A stretch of DNA of 63,781 bases, filler included, from Klebsormidium nitens (GCA_000708835.1; 9 parts of 9 records of this genome joined end to end with filler, not necessarily neighbours in it); one strand, 5' to 3'; positions 48,885 through 61,338 are shown, counted from the whole stretch's first letter. Numbers and translations are program-made. Notes: a model not told the origin generated them from the letters alone.

Positions 48885-49011
48885 GCTAGATCCATGTTGC
48901 AAGCACTCCAANNNNNNNNNNNNNNNNNNNNNNNNNNNNNNNNNNNNNNNNNNNNTTAATTAATTAANNNNNNNNNNNNNNNNNNNNNNNNNNNNNNNNN
49001 NNNNNNNNNNN

Positions 49012-49059
49012 CCCTAGAATCACCCAGAGATTCGGTCCCTAAATGCCCGTATCTCAACA
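49012..49059 (-). repeat. Start of a copia LTR of the same family as 14066, remainder in gap
   Basis: Reverse complement TGTTGAGATACGGGCATTTAGGGACCGAATCTCTG is identical to 14066-14100. Confidence 0.9.
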
Positions 49060-49106
49060 ATGCTCGTGCTCAAAATGTTCGCTTGGAAACAAGGTCAACC
49101 CGTTGA

Positions 49107-49990
49107 TCAACTAGAGGTGCTTCGTGGAGTCTCCCAAGCATTTCCCGCAGATTTCCTCTTTTTTCTCCTCTTCTTGCCGCCGTCTTTCGTTTGAAGCATC
49201 CCGCTCGGCCTGCACTTGCTCTCGAGGCGGCCCCCATTGTTACTGAGCCCCCACCCCCCCGGTGTCGCCTCTTCTGCAGCGTCCTTCCCCACCTCCTCTC
49301 CCTCTACCACTTCCACCTCCTCTTTTGCCTCGACCGCTTCCACCTCCTCTTTTGCCTCGATCGCTTCCACCTCCTCATGTACCTTTGCCGCGCCCGCAGC
49401 CACTGCCTCTGCTTCGACCGCCCCCACCTCTTCTTGTGCCTCTGCCACGCCCGCCCCACCTCTTCCCAGCCAAGGGTGGAACATTGTCACGTCCACTTCC
49501 GCCAATGGTTCCTCGAAGCCCGGGATTCCGTGCTTAAAACTTTCGCGAAAGCCCCAAGCCGTTTTAACCGCACTGTGCAGGCACCGCATGATGCCGTCTT
49601 TGGCCAAACTTGTCACCCAGCAAACCTTTGGATAATGTCGCACTCGCAAACGCGCGAGCGTTTGGTTTCATTTGGCACATACAGAGTCGAAAGATTGAGA
49701 CCGCCCCATGGTATCACCAGCATACCCTAGAGCAGTAATTTCCACGTGCAGCGATCTTTGGACAGGAACGGAACTGACTCGATTCGTGCCTTCCTCCGGC
49801 CAGCTGCTTGGCGCTCTGGTCGGCGCTCCCCCACGAAAGCGATGCCCATCCTCGAGGATGGCGTGGTACTCTCGATTCGTGTGCGTCTGCCAGGACCTGT
49901 GGTACCAACAAACGCGCTGCCCATACAAGCAGAAGAAAAGGTACACCCGCACCCCCCGTCACGTGCGCGTCTTTCCAATCAAGGAGGCAC
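49107..49990 (-). pseudogene. Degraded ORF with an acidic EAVEAKEEV repeat tract; upstream fragments weakly suggest an OTU-like protease
   Basis: ORF 49107..49649 has the repeated EEVEAVEAK tract. Upstream frameshifted pieces (WGGLNL..., FKHGIP) only loosely resemble OTU motifs. Confidence 0.25.
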
Positions 49991-50431
49991 CCTAGTTTGT
50001 CAGGGATCGGCTGGACAGCATCCAAACCGCCGCAAGCACTGTAGGCCTCCGAGCCCCCGTACGGTTCCCCAGCAGCGAAGCAACCGCTCCGTGATCGTCC
50101 GCGCAATCGATCCCGCTCATTTGGCGTGCGCCTCGTCCCACTGCGACTGGATCGTAGAACGCGTCGTCTCTTCTAGCGGGTTGGCGATCACCACATCTCT
50201 TCTTATTGAGTCAACTGGGACCCCAAGTTAATTTAGGAGCTCGTAGAGGTATTCACATGGGATACCTTCCGTCATCCAAGCTGGTCGATCTCAAGTCCTT
50301 CCTAGTCCAATCTTTTGTCTACCAGACCAGCATGCACCGACCTAATAGCCTCCAAGAGCCGCTTCCTTGTGACACCATGACCGGAGCTCCGAGGGGCAGA
50401 ATTTGCAGGGTGGTAGCGGGCGCCGTATCAT

Positions 50432-50620
50432 TGTTGAGATTCTGGATTTCGTGTGCGCGATCTCTTGGGTGACGTCGACGGTAGTTCGACGACAACCGGT
50501 ATTTAGCGGTTGGCGGTTAAATGCGCGTAACTCGCGCTACACCCGAATGACTTATTGAGATAACCGCCGTTGTAACGTGCTGGTAAAGCCCCGAGCCTGT
50601 GATGCTCAGAACCCCCAACA
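50432..50620 (+). repeat. Short copia-type LTR (189 bp), preceded by a copia-like internal remnant
   Basis: TGTTGAG...CCCCAACA termini. Shares GACGTCGACGGTA, AATGCGCG and TACACCCGA with the 14066 LTR. No matching TSD (ATCAT/CAAAG). Upstream LGARRGIHMGYLPSSK is copia-like. Confidence 0.7.
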
Positions 50621-51919
50621 CAAAGTTAGCGGAAGCTTGGATTGTACGCGGCGGACACTCAACACTTGGGAAGGATTGTGAAACTCGCTTCTGGCTAGAA
50701 GCCAGCGTGTTGAATGAGCAACTTTCGTCCGACCTTATAGATGTGCTCATTGCAATTCAAGAGCCAGCAGAATGTTGGTCGCTCCATCCTAGAGGCCTGC
50801 ATCGTCTTGCCTCACTCTATAACGTGAGATACATTCGCTTTTGCACTCTAGGTTATGCATCTGGCGTGCAACTGGTTATGCAACCTTTTGCCAGCTAGAG
50901 TGTCCAGGTTTCCTGCACAGCCTGTCGCTGTCGCGCCTAGAAACCTCCAATGACGCCGCGCTTATGTCGCCGCCGTCCCAGAACACCGCCTGCAAGGCAT
51001 TCCAAAGGAAGCTGCTTTGTGATTGGTTGAGCTAAGGAAAATGGCGTCCTTAGTTTTAACGCCTGCTTTCTAAAAGTGACCTCAGGTCGTTTTCAGCTCG
51101 CTTTGAGCTTGAGGAAGGCGAGCGCCCTAAACGCGCTTGGCGGCGCGCCCGTCGCGCCCTCAAAATCGCGCTCATTATTGCCAACGACATCCGGGATCGG
51201 CGGACTTTCCGGCTGCGAACATTAAACTAAAAGCGACTTATTTCGTACAGCCGTCGCTAAATTCGAGTGCAAATAATTGACTCGACGATTCGCATACTGG
51301 TGCGTGTGCGATGTAAGATCAACCTTCGTTCAAAGAGACCCAAGGCACAGTGTTGAAGCAATGGATCAATTTGGGCCGTCGAATCAATTTGGGCCGTCGA
51401 ATAAATCAAGTAAAAAAAATTCCGGGCGCAATCTCAATATTTATAGAGCCGTCGATTTGCAAGCTCAAATGTACCGTTGATAAAGCAACGACTTATAGAC
51501 TCGATTGAATTCACTTGAAGTCGCATTCAAGCCTTCAAGACTGAAGCCTAGCTTAGATGTACATTCGCTACCAGGTACATTGTACTCAGAAGTAGGAGTT
51601 TCTTTTTCTAGTTGTAAGAATTTAAAGGAGAAAAATAGAAGCGCAGATCGTTACAGCCATAATGAGTAAGTTCGATAATAGCCGTAGATATTCAGATTTG
51701 CGCGAAACTTTCGGACTTGCTTATCCGCGGTCAACTGAGCCTACTAGGCTACTAGTGTAGACCTAGAGTAGGAGTGTGACTCTACTTGAGTGAGTCTAGC
51801 ATAGCACACAGACTGTGTTNNNNNNNNNNNNNNNNNNNNNNNNNNNNNNNNNNNNNNNNNNNNTTAATTAATTAANNNNNNNNNNNNNNNNNNNNNNNNN
51901 NNNNNNNNNNNNNNNNNNN

Positions 51920-52570
51920 CAAGCCAAATGAACTTCGGACTAAAATCTGGGCCACTCAGAGGCCGCCATGTCATACCCCCCAAAACCAACAGAGTGAAGA
52001 TGTCCGGAAGGGTCGTACCAGGGGTCGAAAACCGGTAGTCGGGACCCAAATGGTACCAATCCGACCACCGGGCACCCCGGGCCGGGACCAAGGAAGAATT
52101 GTGCCTACCGTACTTAAAGTGGGCGTAGCACCCGCGAGGCCACCTCTCCATCGTGCGGTGCACATGGATCATGGCAATTTTCCAGTGACGGCCGGAAAAC
52201 CCAGTTCGTTAGATTATAGACGTCGGCATGGTTTCGGTGATGACGCCGGCAAATCCCGACGCCCACTTTAAGGAGAATGTTCTTTTCTCCAAAAAGTCGA
52301 TTCTAAAATTGCATCTTTTCCTTACATACGTGTATGCCAATATGTATATTGGCAATTGGAGCGGAAAGGGAAAACTTTGTACTGCTACTCTGTTATATTC
52401 TCTTCTCCAAAAAAGTCAATGTCAATATTGCATCTTTTCCAGGTATGGCGGAAAATTCTGTACTACTAATCTGTTATAATTCCTTCCCCAAAGAAGAAAG
52501 AAAATATAACGGATTGCAGTATAAGCTTTGCGGTTCTCGGCGGAATTTGCTGATATGTATGTATCTAAGG
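51920..52570 (+). repeat. Dispersed repeat, copy 1 (copy 2 at 58059-58772)
   Basis: Both copies start CAAGCCAAATGAACTTCGGACTAAAAT, contain GTACTGCTAATCTGTTATA-type subunits and end ATATGTATGTATCTAAGG. Confidence 0.85.
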
Positions 52571-52596
52571 ATCGCCAGCTGTCAAAATTTTGTAGG

Positions 52597-53795
52597 GGAA
52601 CGCCAATTTAGGACTTGGGGGATGCCAGAGGAATTTGGGAGATGTAACGCGTAACGCGCAGGTTCGGGTTTGTCTAGTTAGTTATATTATCCCGTGTCTA
52701 AACTAATTTGAACAATCATATAACTTTATAGGGGTTAATTTTCCATATTGAGCGCTATTGATATCATTCACTAACATTATCACTTTTAAGTTTGACCAGT
52801 CTACATGGTCATGCAAGTGATGCACCTTCTATACACATAAGTTTGATAATATGACCAAAAACACAAACTGTAGTACAATTACTTATATTATTCAAATTAG
52901 TCAAGATCTCAGCAGGTTTAACCTCACTTGTAGTATTGACACATCATACAGACACTTGGTGACACTTGGTCGCATAAAGTTGATAATATAACTAAAGATG
53001 CTAACTTTATAGACTTAGTTATATTATCAAAATTAGTCAGTCGGCTCAGCATAGCCAATTTCACTTGCATCATACAATTAGCAAATGCTTCTATAGGGCA
53101 AGACTCATCACTAATTTGGATAACATAACTAGTAACATTGATTTTAGCGGATTTATTTTATTATCTAAAGCATCGTAGCTAGAAACTTTCTAAAATGTAT
53201 AGAAAATCTATTTGTCAAAAAAAAGAAAAGAAATACAGTAATCTAGTAATCTTATAGTTATATTAGTCGAATTATCCATCATGAGGCCTAGCATGTGCAT
53301 AGGATTCGCCAAGTTAGTCTTCTTAGTTATATTACCGGAATTATTTGGTGCATGAGAGGGCTGGTGAGAGGAACTTAGTAATCTTAGTTATATTAGTCGA
53401 ATTATCCATCACGAGGCCGAGCATGTGCATAGGACGCGCCAAGTTAGTCTTCTTAGTTATATTAGTGGAACTATCCGGTGCATGCGAGGGTTGGTGAGAG
53501 AAACTTAGAAATCTTAGTTATATTAGTCGAATTATCCATCACGAGGCCGAGCATGTGCATAGGACGTGCCAAATTAGTCTTCTTAGTTATATTAGTGGAA
53601 TTATCCGGTGCATGAGAGGGTTGGTGAGAGGAACTTAGTATAATCTTAGTTATATTAGTCGAATTATCCATCAATAAGCTGAGGCCGAGCATGCGCATAG
53701 CCTGCCAACACTTTTGGGTTACCTTCTAACCAAGTTCTTAACCCGTTACGTAACCAGATTCCTCCAGCATCCCCCAAGACCTAAATTGGCGTTCC
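52597..53795. repeat. Foldback-like segment: ~42-bp inverted repeats enclosing AT-rich DNA with a 130-bp higher-order tandem array (~53250-53690)
   Basis: GGAACGCCAATTTAGG(A/T)CTTGGGGGATGC..GAGGAAT(T/C)TGG at 52597-52638, inverted at 53754-53795. TATTAGTCGA recurs at 53261, 53391, 53521 and 53653. Each unit consists of two related ~62-68-bp halves. Confidence 0.8.
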
Positions 53796-56222
53796 AATAA
53801 ACTTTTGTCCGGGATGGCAGGGTATAAGCCGTGACCAGGACGCGAGGATCTCCTGTCCAACCCGTTTTCCTGTCCGCCTGTCGACCAATACAAACAATCC
53901 TGAAGTTCGCACATTTGGGTGGCATGGTTAAGGATAAACCAGGACCCAAAGGCTTGCGCTGGGGCCGGTATGGAGTCTGGACTCTGGACCCAGTGTAGGG
54001 GGAGTGTAGGTACATTAATTCCTGATTCAATCATGTGTATATTATTCGACCTTGAGCATGCACAATGAAAATGTCGTTCTTTTGTGATGCCATAGTTTTT
54101 CGCCGTACATCATGAGTTTGTGTATGAATATTTCTTAGTTCATCATGCATGAGCTATGAGTAGACTTTGATATCGACTGCAGTGCAAACCATATGCATAT
54201 GAGAGTCATAATAGTAATTGAATTCTAAGTCCGTCGATTCGCTCGACCCGCACCCAACAGTGCGCCCGGTTGTAGCTAGCTCGGCTTGATTGAAAAATTC
54301 TCTTACAAAGCATGTGTAGGTTGAAAGGCTCATATCATATGCAATGATGATATGGAGCACCAGTAGTACGTACTGTATATGTGCAAAGCAGTACACGCAG
54401 CATACAAGCTCACGTATTGGAGGAGCCAAGTGGCGAAAGTGGTTACTCTTGTGATTCTGCATGTATCTATCATTAACAACTCATGTGACGTTGGAATCAA
54501 ATGAGTTATAGATCGACACATTGGATAGATCCAAAACTGAACACCTTCATACGATGCGAGCAAAGAATTGGGTACATGCGTAAATTCGCATCTGGAAACG
54601 CTTTGAAGCGGCATTCCTGAGAACATGAGGGGTTCCGTGACGAGGTGCCCAACCTTGACTACCCGCCATCCCCAGGGCTGGTGCCGAGCAACAGTCCTAC
54701 TGCCACAAAGAAGGGGGACCGAGTCGCAAGGGGACTGATCGAATCCCGTGACGTTCTCCAAAGCAGGCTGTTGCTTCGAAGAACTGCGTGCCTCCATATG
54801 AACCTCGTTACATTTCAGTCTAGACTTCATCCTCACTTTTTCTTTTCCTTCTCTCAAATGTTTCTAGTCTCTTTTCCCGCACCTATAGCGAAGACCCAGC
54901 ATTGGTATCTTCTCTGAGCGGGGCTCTTGATGCCGGGCTACAGGCTTTGTTCTCAAGAACCCCAGACTTTGTCGCTGCGACTGCCAAGCACTTCCTAGCA
55001 GACGGGGGCACTACGTGCGGGAAGGACCAGGTATGTGCGGAAGAATGTGCGACACTCAAGCAGGGCTTATGTCTGATCGAACACTTTATCCCCTACACTT
55101 GGCAAGGATCCACAGAACGAATCGACATGTAACGTTCGACAAACTACATAATGTAGGCAGCGGCCGGACGCACTTGCAAGTTACGCATAGCGAATGGCAG
55201 TCGAGCCAGCAGACGATGGTCCTTTTGCAGGCTTGACGAGGACCCCAGGAGAGGCTTCAGGACGAAGGACCGAGGCTTGAAGGTACCCGGCCCGACTGCT
55301 GACCTGAGGGACTGGCGGGCCTGCAGATTGCAAAGACGACCATCTTGGTTTTCAACTGATACCAAGAAGCCTTATGATATGATAACACTACCGAGGGCTG
55401 AGCAAAGCCATTGAGTTAGTCCTCAATTGACAGCTTTAAATAAAGATGCTCAACGTGCCGCAATTTGGTGTACATGCGCCCCAGAACACACGTCTTAACG
55501 GACAATAGACAGCGTCAGATCCCGGCTTCACAATCAAGGAAACAAGCAGTATAGTTCAGAAGTCTTCTTCGTGTCCTCCGTCAAGCAGATATGTTGTGTA
55601 ACACAGCATGCGTTTGTATACTCGCATCCTATACAAGTTCTGAAACTTATAACCTGAAATTCTTTGACCTGTCCAAAATTCTTCTGTGATGACCATTATT
55701 GGATCTGCTGCAACTTCAATCATTCAAAGGCCTTCTTGCCGATGTGAGCAACATGTGGGGGCACTGATTAGCAAACTGCTGCTCGATAACCCCGGTGTAG
55801 GATCATGCTGAGCAACATATCAGCAGGCTACACTTCCCTGAACGCAACTGAATCTTGAACCGAACATGAGACATGAGTCAGAGCGGAAGGGCTTCAAGAC
55901 TGGCCACGACTGTCCAACAAGCAGTAAGAGCTCGGCAGTTCCCCAAGCCTTGTAAGGGGCTTCTTCCAGAATCTTTCAAATTTTGCGAAGCTTTATTGAA
56001 GACCTGCTTGATAAGGTGGTATGAGATTCAAAGCGGATGAACCTTATTACGTGTACAGGATGCAATGCCACTGCATCTTTGAGAACAATTTATTTGCTGC
56101 CAAAGGCATCTAGCGTAAGCAACTTCAAATCGCTTCAGAGTATTGCACGGGCTGGTTATGTAGGTGGTTTACAAGTATCTGTAAATTCAAGGATGCTTCA
56201 GATGAACCACAATTCTTATGTT

Positions 56223-58002
56223 TCAGAGCAGATTGTCAGAGGCCCCTACCGGAGTGCTGAGGGGCCGAACCAATGATGCAGATGGTGACTTCGGCGAGCC
56301 TGCGGCGCTCCCTGACTGCGGGCTGGGAGGGATCACGGACGGGGACTCAAAGCAGCCGTCCCCTGTCCCGAGGTCCGCGCCGTTGGGCAGCCAAATCTCA
56401 AACCCATTCTCTTTGCACAGCTCGACCAGCTCCCTCCGGTTGTTCTGGTTTAGAGTCACCCGCAGTCCACAAAGAGCTCCGCAGAGCCTCTTTCCCTTGA
56501 ATTGAGACACTGCTTCAACCCCCTCCTCCGTCAACGTGCTGCAGCCCCCAAACAAAGGCATTCAATAGCCTCACATACATGAAACACAGCATTGCTAAAG
56601 AGAAAGTTCTCACTGATCAGGATACTTGACTGCTGCAAGTGCCATCGTGCTATCAATTAGACTGCACGCCAAGCAATTGAAGATCAGTTCAGAGTCCCAA
56701 CTTCGGATTTGTGTGCTGATGATTGGACTTTGAAAGCATGCTTATAGCTCGCTGTCACTTGAGTGCTTTACGAGGTTCCAAATTTTATGTCAGCACAGCA
56801 ACAACCTTGAACCAATGCGAACTTAACCAGTGTTTCAAACCTCACGTGAAGTCAAGTACAACCAACCGCTTGATAGCAGAAACGAATTTCTTGGTGATTG
56901 AGTCTCTACTGTTGACGATACCTGATTGTTTTCAGAGCCTCCTTCAACTGCTTTGCTGCATCCACGTCAAGCACCGCCTTGCACTCGACAACGATTCCGC
57001 AATTCTCTGCCGTCGCTCCAGCGTCGATCTCAACAACCACGTTGTCCTCTTTCGGTCGCTTGACCTAAGAAGCAAGGAAACATGTTTGATTTGAATCAAT
57101 GCAGGTCCAGAGCTAACATCACAAGACTTCTTGCATTAATTGCTTTAACATGCGCATACCGGTCGACCTTGTTACCACTGGAAAATTCCTGAAGCTTTTG
57201 AAGCAACTTTTGAGATACTAAGCTGCTGTCAGCCCTTGGGTTAGGCAAGGCATTAGAATAGACCGGACATGCATACAAAGTACAAGTTGAGGGTATTTTC
57301 TCACCCGCTTTCCAGCGCAGAATCGTTTCACATCAGTGTGGCCAGCTTCCCGTAATCTCTGAACAGCACGCTCTGCGGCGGAAGCCTCAAAGCTTAAGGT
57401 CACTGACTCTTGCCACCGAGCCAGCGCCTTCAGCTGCAGCACCCATGGCGCAGCATCAGTGAAGAACATTCGTTGACAGAGGATAGTAGAATAGGGTGGC
57501 AGCTGCCAGCATATTAGCACTTGCTTGATTGAGCAGGTTGCTCAAAAGTAAGCAGGTTGCTCAGCATTGAACCTAGGTTTCAGAACTTGCTTTGAGGCTT
57601 AAGGGTGCTAGCTTGAAGGACATTCTGCGAAATGATTCATCAAAGTCGAACACACGGCTCGTTCTGATGTACCTGCTCTGTCAGGTTCGTAACCAGGAAG
57701 ACCACCAGATATGTGCCACCGTCGTCGATCTGCACGTCTTCGAGCGGCTCGAGCTTCTTCTCAACCTCCCGCACAAGCTCGTCCTCCGTCCACTCCTCCC
57801 AGCCGGAAGGCAGGTCCTCGACTGGAAGCAAGGTCTGACCTCCCATGCTGCGCACAAGCGCTCGAATCTGCTCTCTGCTGTGATTCTTCAGGCCACGCCG
57901 CGAGATTCTGCTGTCTGCCAATGAGAAATACAGAAAGGATACCTTCTTCAACTTTGCCTCATCCTTGAACCCGAACAGCTTGCGGAGAACATTGAGAGCC
58001 AT
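56223..58002 (-). CDS. PD-(D/E)XK restriction-endonuclease-like protein with N-terminal header-like domain, 305 aa; join(57673..58002, 57305..57433, 56922..57064, 56223..56538)
   Basis: Three GT-AG introns keep the frame (918 nt). Motifs SFEASA, VVEIDAG, IVVECKAVLD..AAKQL and C-terminal LCGL...LCKENGFEIWLPNG match the PD-(D/E)XK E..D..ExK..Q pattern. N-terminus has a LEDVQIDDGGTY segment. Confidence 0.7.
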
Positions 58003-58058
58003 TGCCTAAGGCGCCTGCAGCATGAGAGTGCTCAATGGAAAAGGCACCGACAGGACAG

Positions 58059-59400
58059 CAAGCCAAATGAACTTCGGACTAAAATTTGAGCCACTCACAG
58101 GCCGCCATGTCAGCCCCCCGGCCCAGAAAGGTAGCAGGTCACTAGTGGAGGGGTCCAACCCGGTCGAAAGTTCTCCGGAAGCCGGTACGAACCCAAGTGT
58201 GGTTGACTGGGACCACCCGGGCACTCACTTAGGAACAAAAGCCGGTATTTTGCCTCTTGTTCCTAAGTGAGTAACATACATACATATTTACTAAAAGTCC
58301 CAAAAGGGAACAACCTGTACTGTTAATCTGTTATATTTTTCTTCTGAAAAGTCGCATATAATATACAATGGGATAATGTATGGTATGGCCTTACTACATA
58401 CATATTCGCAACGTGGTCCCAAACGGAAGAAGTCGTACTGCTTATCTGTTATAATTTTCTTCTGAAAAGTCGCATATAATATACATTGGGATAATGTATG
58501 GTATGGTCTTATTACATACATATTCGCACTTGAGGCCAAAAGAGAAAGAGTCGTACTAATAATCTGTTATATTTTTCTTCCGGAAATATTAGTGTTTACT
58601 ATCTTTTTGGGTATGGCCTTACTACATACATATCCGCAACGAGGTCCCAAAAGGACAAAGTCGTACTGCTAATCTGTTATAATTTTCTTCCGGACAGAAG
58701 AAAAAATTTATAACAGATTACAGTACGAGAGTGTTTGCCCCCCGGCAACTTTGCGAATATGTATGTATCTAAGGGCTATCCGATTTGATTTCTGGCTTCC
58801 CCACGCCCCCTCCGGGGCTTGGGTCGGCCGGTGCGCCCCCACCCTTGGGTCGGCTGCTTACCCCTAAGCTTGTACCAACCCCGGCCGCTCCGCTCCGGTT
58901 GCGCCCAGTCCTCCGGTTCGCACCCCGCCCCGGTCCAGGCCGGTCGCTTACCCCTAAGCTTGTAGTCACCGGCCGCTCCGCTCCGGGCCCCGCCCCTTCT
59001 AGGCCGGTTGCTTACCCCTAAGCTCGTACTCGCCGCCACTCCGCTCCCGGTCCCACCCAGCTCCCGCCCCTTGGGCTGTTCCTTATCCGTGAGGGGCGTT
59101 CGACCAACATATTGGCAGGCAAACAATGGTCTGGCATAAGCCGGGAGACATCAACCAAACTTCGGTCAGTCATGTCCACCTGTCCGTAGGCACGATAAAT
59201 CATAAAATTTCCACATATTAACCTGTATAGCTGGGGATAGGCAGGGAGACATCAACCAAACTCCTGTCAGTCCTGTCTACCTGTCTGTAGGCACCATGAA
59301 TCCTAAAATTTCCGCATATTAACTCGTATGGTCGGGGATAGGCCGGGAGACATCAAACAAAGTCCTGTCTATTCTGTCTTGCTGTCTGGATCCTCCACAA
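58059..59400 (+). repeat. Dispersed repeat copy 2 followed by stacked tandem arrays (118-bp x~4; GC-rich 64-90-bp x3; 101-bp x3)
   Basis: GTACT..TAATCTGTTATA-type marker at 58317, 58435, 58553, 58663. GCTTACCCCTAAGCT at 58856, 58946, 59010. GGGAGACATCAA at 59143, 59244, 59345. Confidence 0.9.
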
Positions 59401-60559
59401 ACTCTTAGATTCACACATATTGACAGCTAGTGATGGCCAGGATAGGCCTGCAGAGGGGAGAGAGCTCGTTTTGCCACTGCAGGTAGCTCAGTTCGGGGTC
59501 ACTTCAGGTCGCCCGCAGGTTAGGCCGCAGCGGGGAGAAAGTTTGAAGGCTTTGTCTACAGCCTCTGAAAGCAAAGTAGATCTGTGAGACGGTCCTTACA
59601 ATTTTTGGCCAGCTGCAATGGTGTCGGGCCGTACCTCCTCGGCCATGCCTAGGCTCGATAGCCGTACATGATATACGGTGCACAACCGCTACGCCGTTCA
59701 TCAAGGGCTGCTTGACTGAAACTATACTCAATACCGCACATGAATCATGCAGCGAACGTATCGCTGAACACGAAAAGAATAATAACATGATACCTCAGGA
59801 AGGCTCCCATGATCTACATGGTGTCTCTGTGAACACTGCTGTGAATTAAGCTACCACTGGAAGCATAACGAGGATGGGTGAATGCTAAGTAAGCACCGAT
59901 AGACACGACATAACCATCAGTCACATCAATCAGCCATGAAGAAGAACCGAACACAGCAAAGGCAACCTTATACCGTGACAAGACAGCTACAAGCAACCTG
60001 CAGCCGCCACCGTTCGTCTCTGTAAAGCTTACTTGCGAAAGAATGCCTAAACAAGGCTGGTAGGCAGAATATAGCATGGGGGTCTATGCCGTCAAGTATT
60101 CCAGCCAAGTATAGAGCACTGAATCTACCGCAAGTCTACATGCTAGGGCACTGGGACTGCCTACATCTACTTGTCCGTAGCGTGGTAAGTCCCGACCATG
60201 CCGAAGATCTATCTAGGGTACTCTAAGCCGTTAGATGATACCGATCTAGATATTCAGCAAGCGAATCTATTCCTATGCTAGCTGGCAGACCCCGGCCGAC
60301 CGATAATGGTACCTGTAAGGAACAACAAAGAAAGGAGGACCGGACTGCATACCGCCAGACTAGTCGTAGGCTAATTAAGTTGCCGTTAGGGTTGAGTTAG
60401 CTGACTATACCGGGTTTGCCGACATGTCACAGCACCGAGAGCACATGTCCCGACAATGGNNNNNNNNNNNNNNNNNNNNNNNNNNNNNNNNNNNNNNNNN
60501 NNNTTAATTAATTAANNNNNNNNNNNNNNNNNNNNNNNNNNNNNNNNNNNNNNNNNNNN

Positions 60560-61285
60560 TCCGTCGCTCCAACGGAGGCCGACGTCGAGCAGGCCAGGGA
60601 CTTCGTGGATGCTCTGCAGGGGGACGACGGCCACGTGATCACCGAGATGCGTCTGAGCGACGGCTACATCTCTGCCACGAAGATGTGTCAATCTGCTGGA
60701 AGGCACATGAGCGACTATATGAGACTCAACTCTACGAATGAGTTCATGGTGGCATTGGCTGATAGCCTCGGCCGACCGAAATCAAAGCTGACGGACCGCT
60801 GCAAGATGGGGGCAGTTGCCAAACGAGATACCTGGGTCCACCCACGGGTTGCCACACACCTAGCCATGTGGATAAGTGCGGACTTCGAGGTGAAGGTATC
60901 AGGATGGATCGAAGAAGCTCGTAGGGGACTTCGTGGCATCAACCAGGATTACATATGTGCTTTAGCAAACCTGAAAGCACGCAAGGGGAATGATTTGTTG
61001 GAGGCGAAAGTGCGAGATAGAATAGCAGAACAAGAGAATGGTCGGGTAGAAGTAGCATGTGAGTACGGTATAGTAGACGTACTCACACCGATGGCTATCA
61101 TAGAGGTCAAACGAAGCAATAGCTTTCTACACGCGTTAGGCCAGGTGTTAGGCTACGCGGAATCATTTCCGGGACACAGAAAGTGGATTCATCTGATACT
61201 AGAGAACGACGAAGACGATCTTTTGAACAGAGCCAAAACAGTGTGCAATAAACACGGTGTTGAGGTGACGTGCGAAACCGCATGA
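60560..61285 (+). CDS. KilA-N domain protein with C-terminal PD-(D/E)XK nuclease (5' end in gap), intronless, giant-virus-like
   Basis: KilA-N: ITEMRLSDGYISATKMC...TWVHPRVATHLAMWISADFEVKV. Nuclease: LEAKVRD...EVACEYGIVDVLTPMAIIEVKRSNSFLHALGQVLGY...KWIHL. Confidence 0.85.
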   Translation, partial: SVAPTEADVEQARDFVDALQGDDGHVITEMRLSDGYISATKMCQSAGRHMSDYMRLNSTNEFMVALADSLGRPKSKLTDRCKMGAVAKRDTWVHPRVATHLAMWISADFEVKVSGWIEEARRGLRGINQDYICALANLKARKGNDLLEAKVRDRIAEQENGRVEVACEYGIVDVLTPMAIIEVKRSNSFLHALGQVLGYAESFPGHRKWIHLILENDEDDLLNRAKTVCNKHGVEVTCETA

Positions 61286-61338
61286 TAAGCTGGTCGTATC
61301 TGCATGGACTTTTCGGAGAAGAGTCTGCTCACAGACAA

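Noticed and set aside
54600-55400. Possible plus-strand exons (e.g. ...CGKDQ|GTATGT)
   Set aside because: Could not build a consistent multi-exon frame or recognise a domain.
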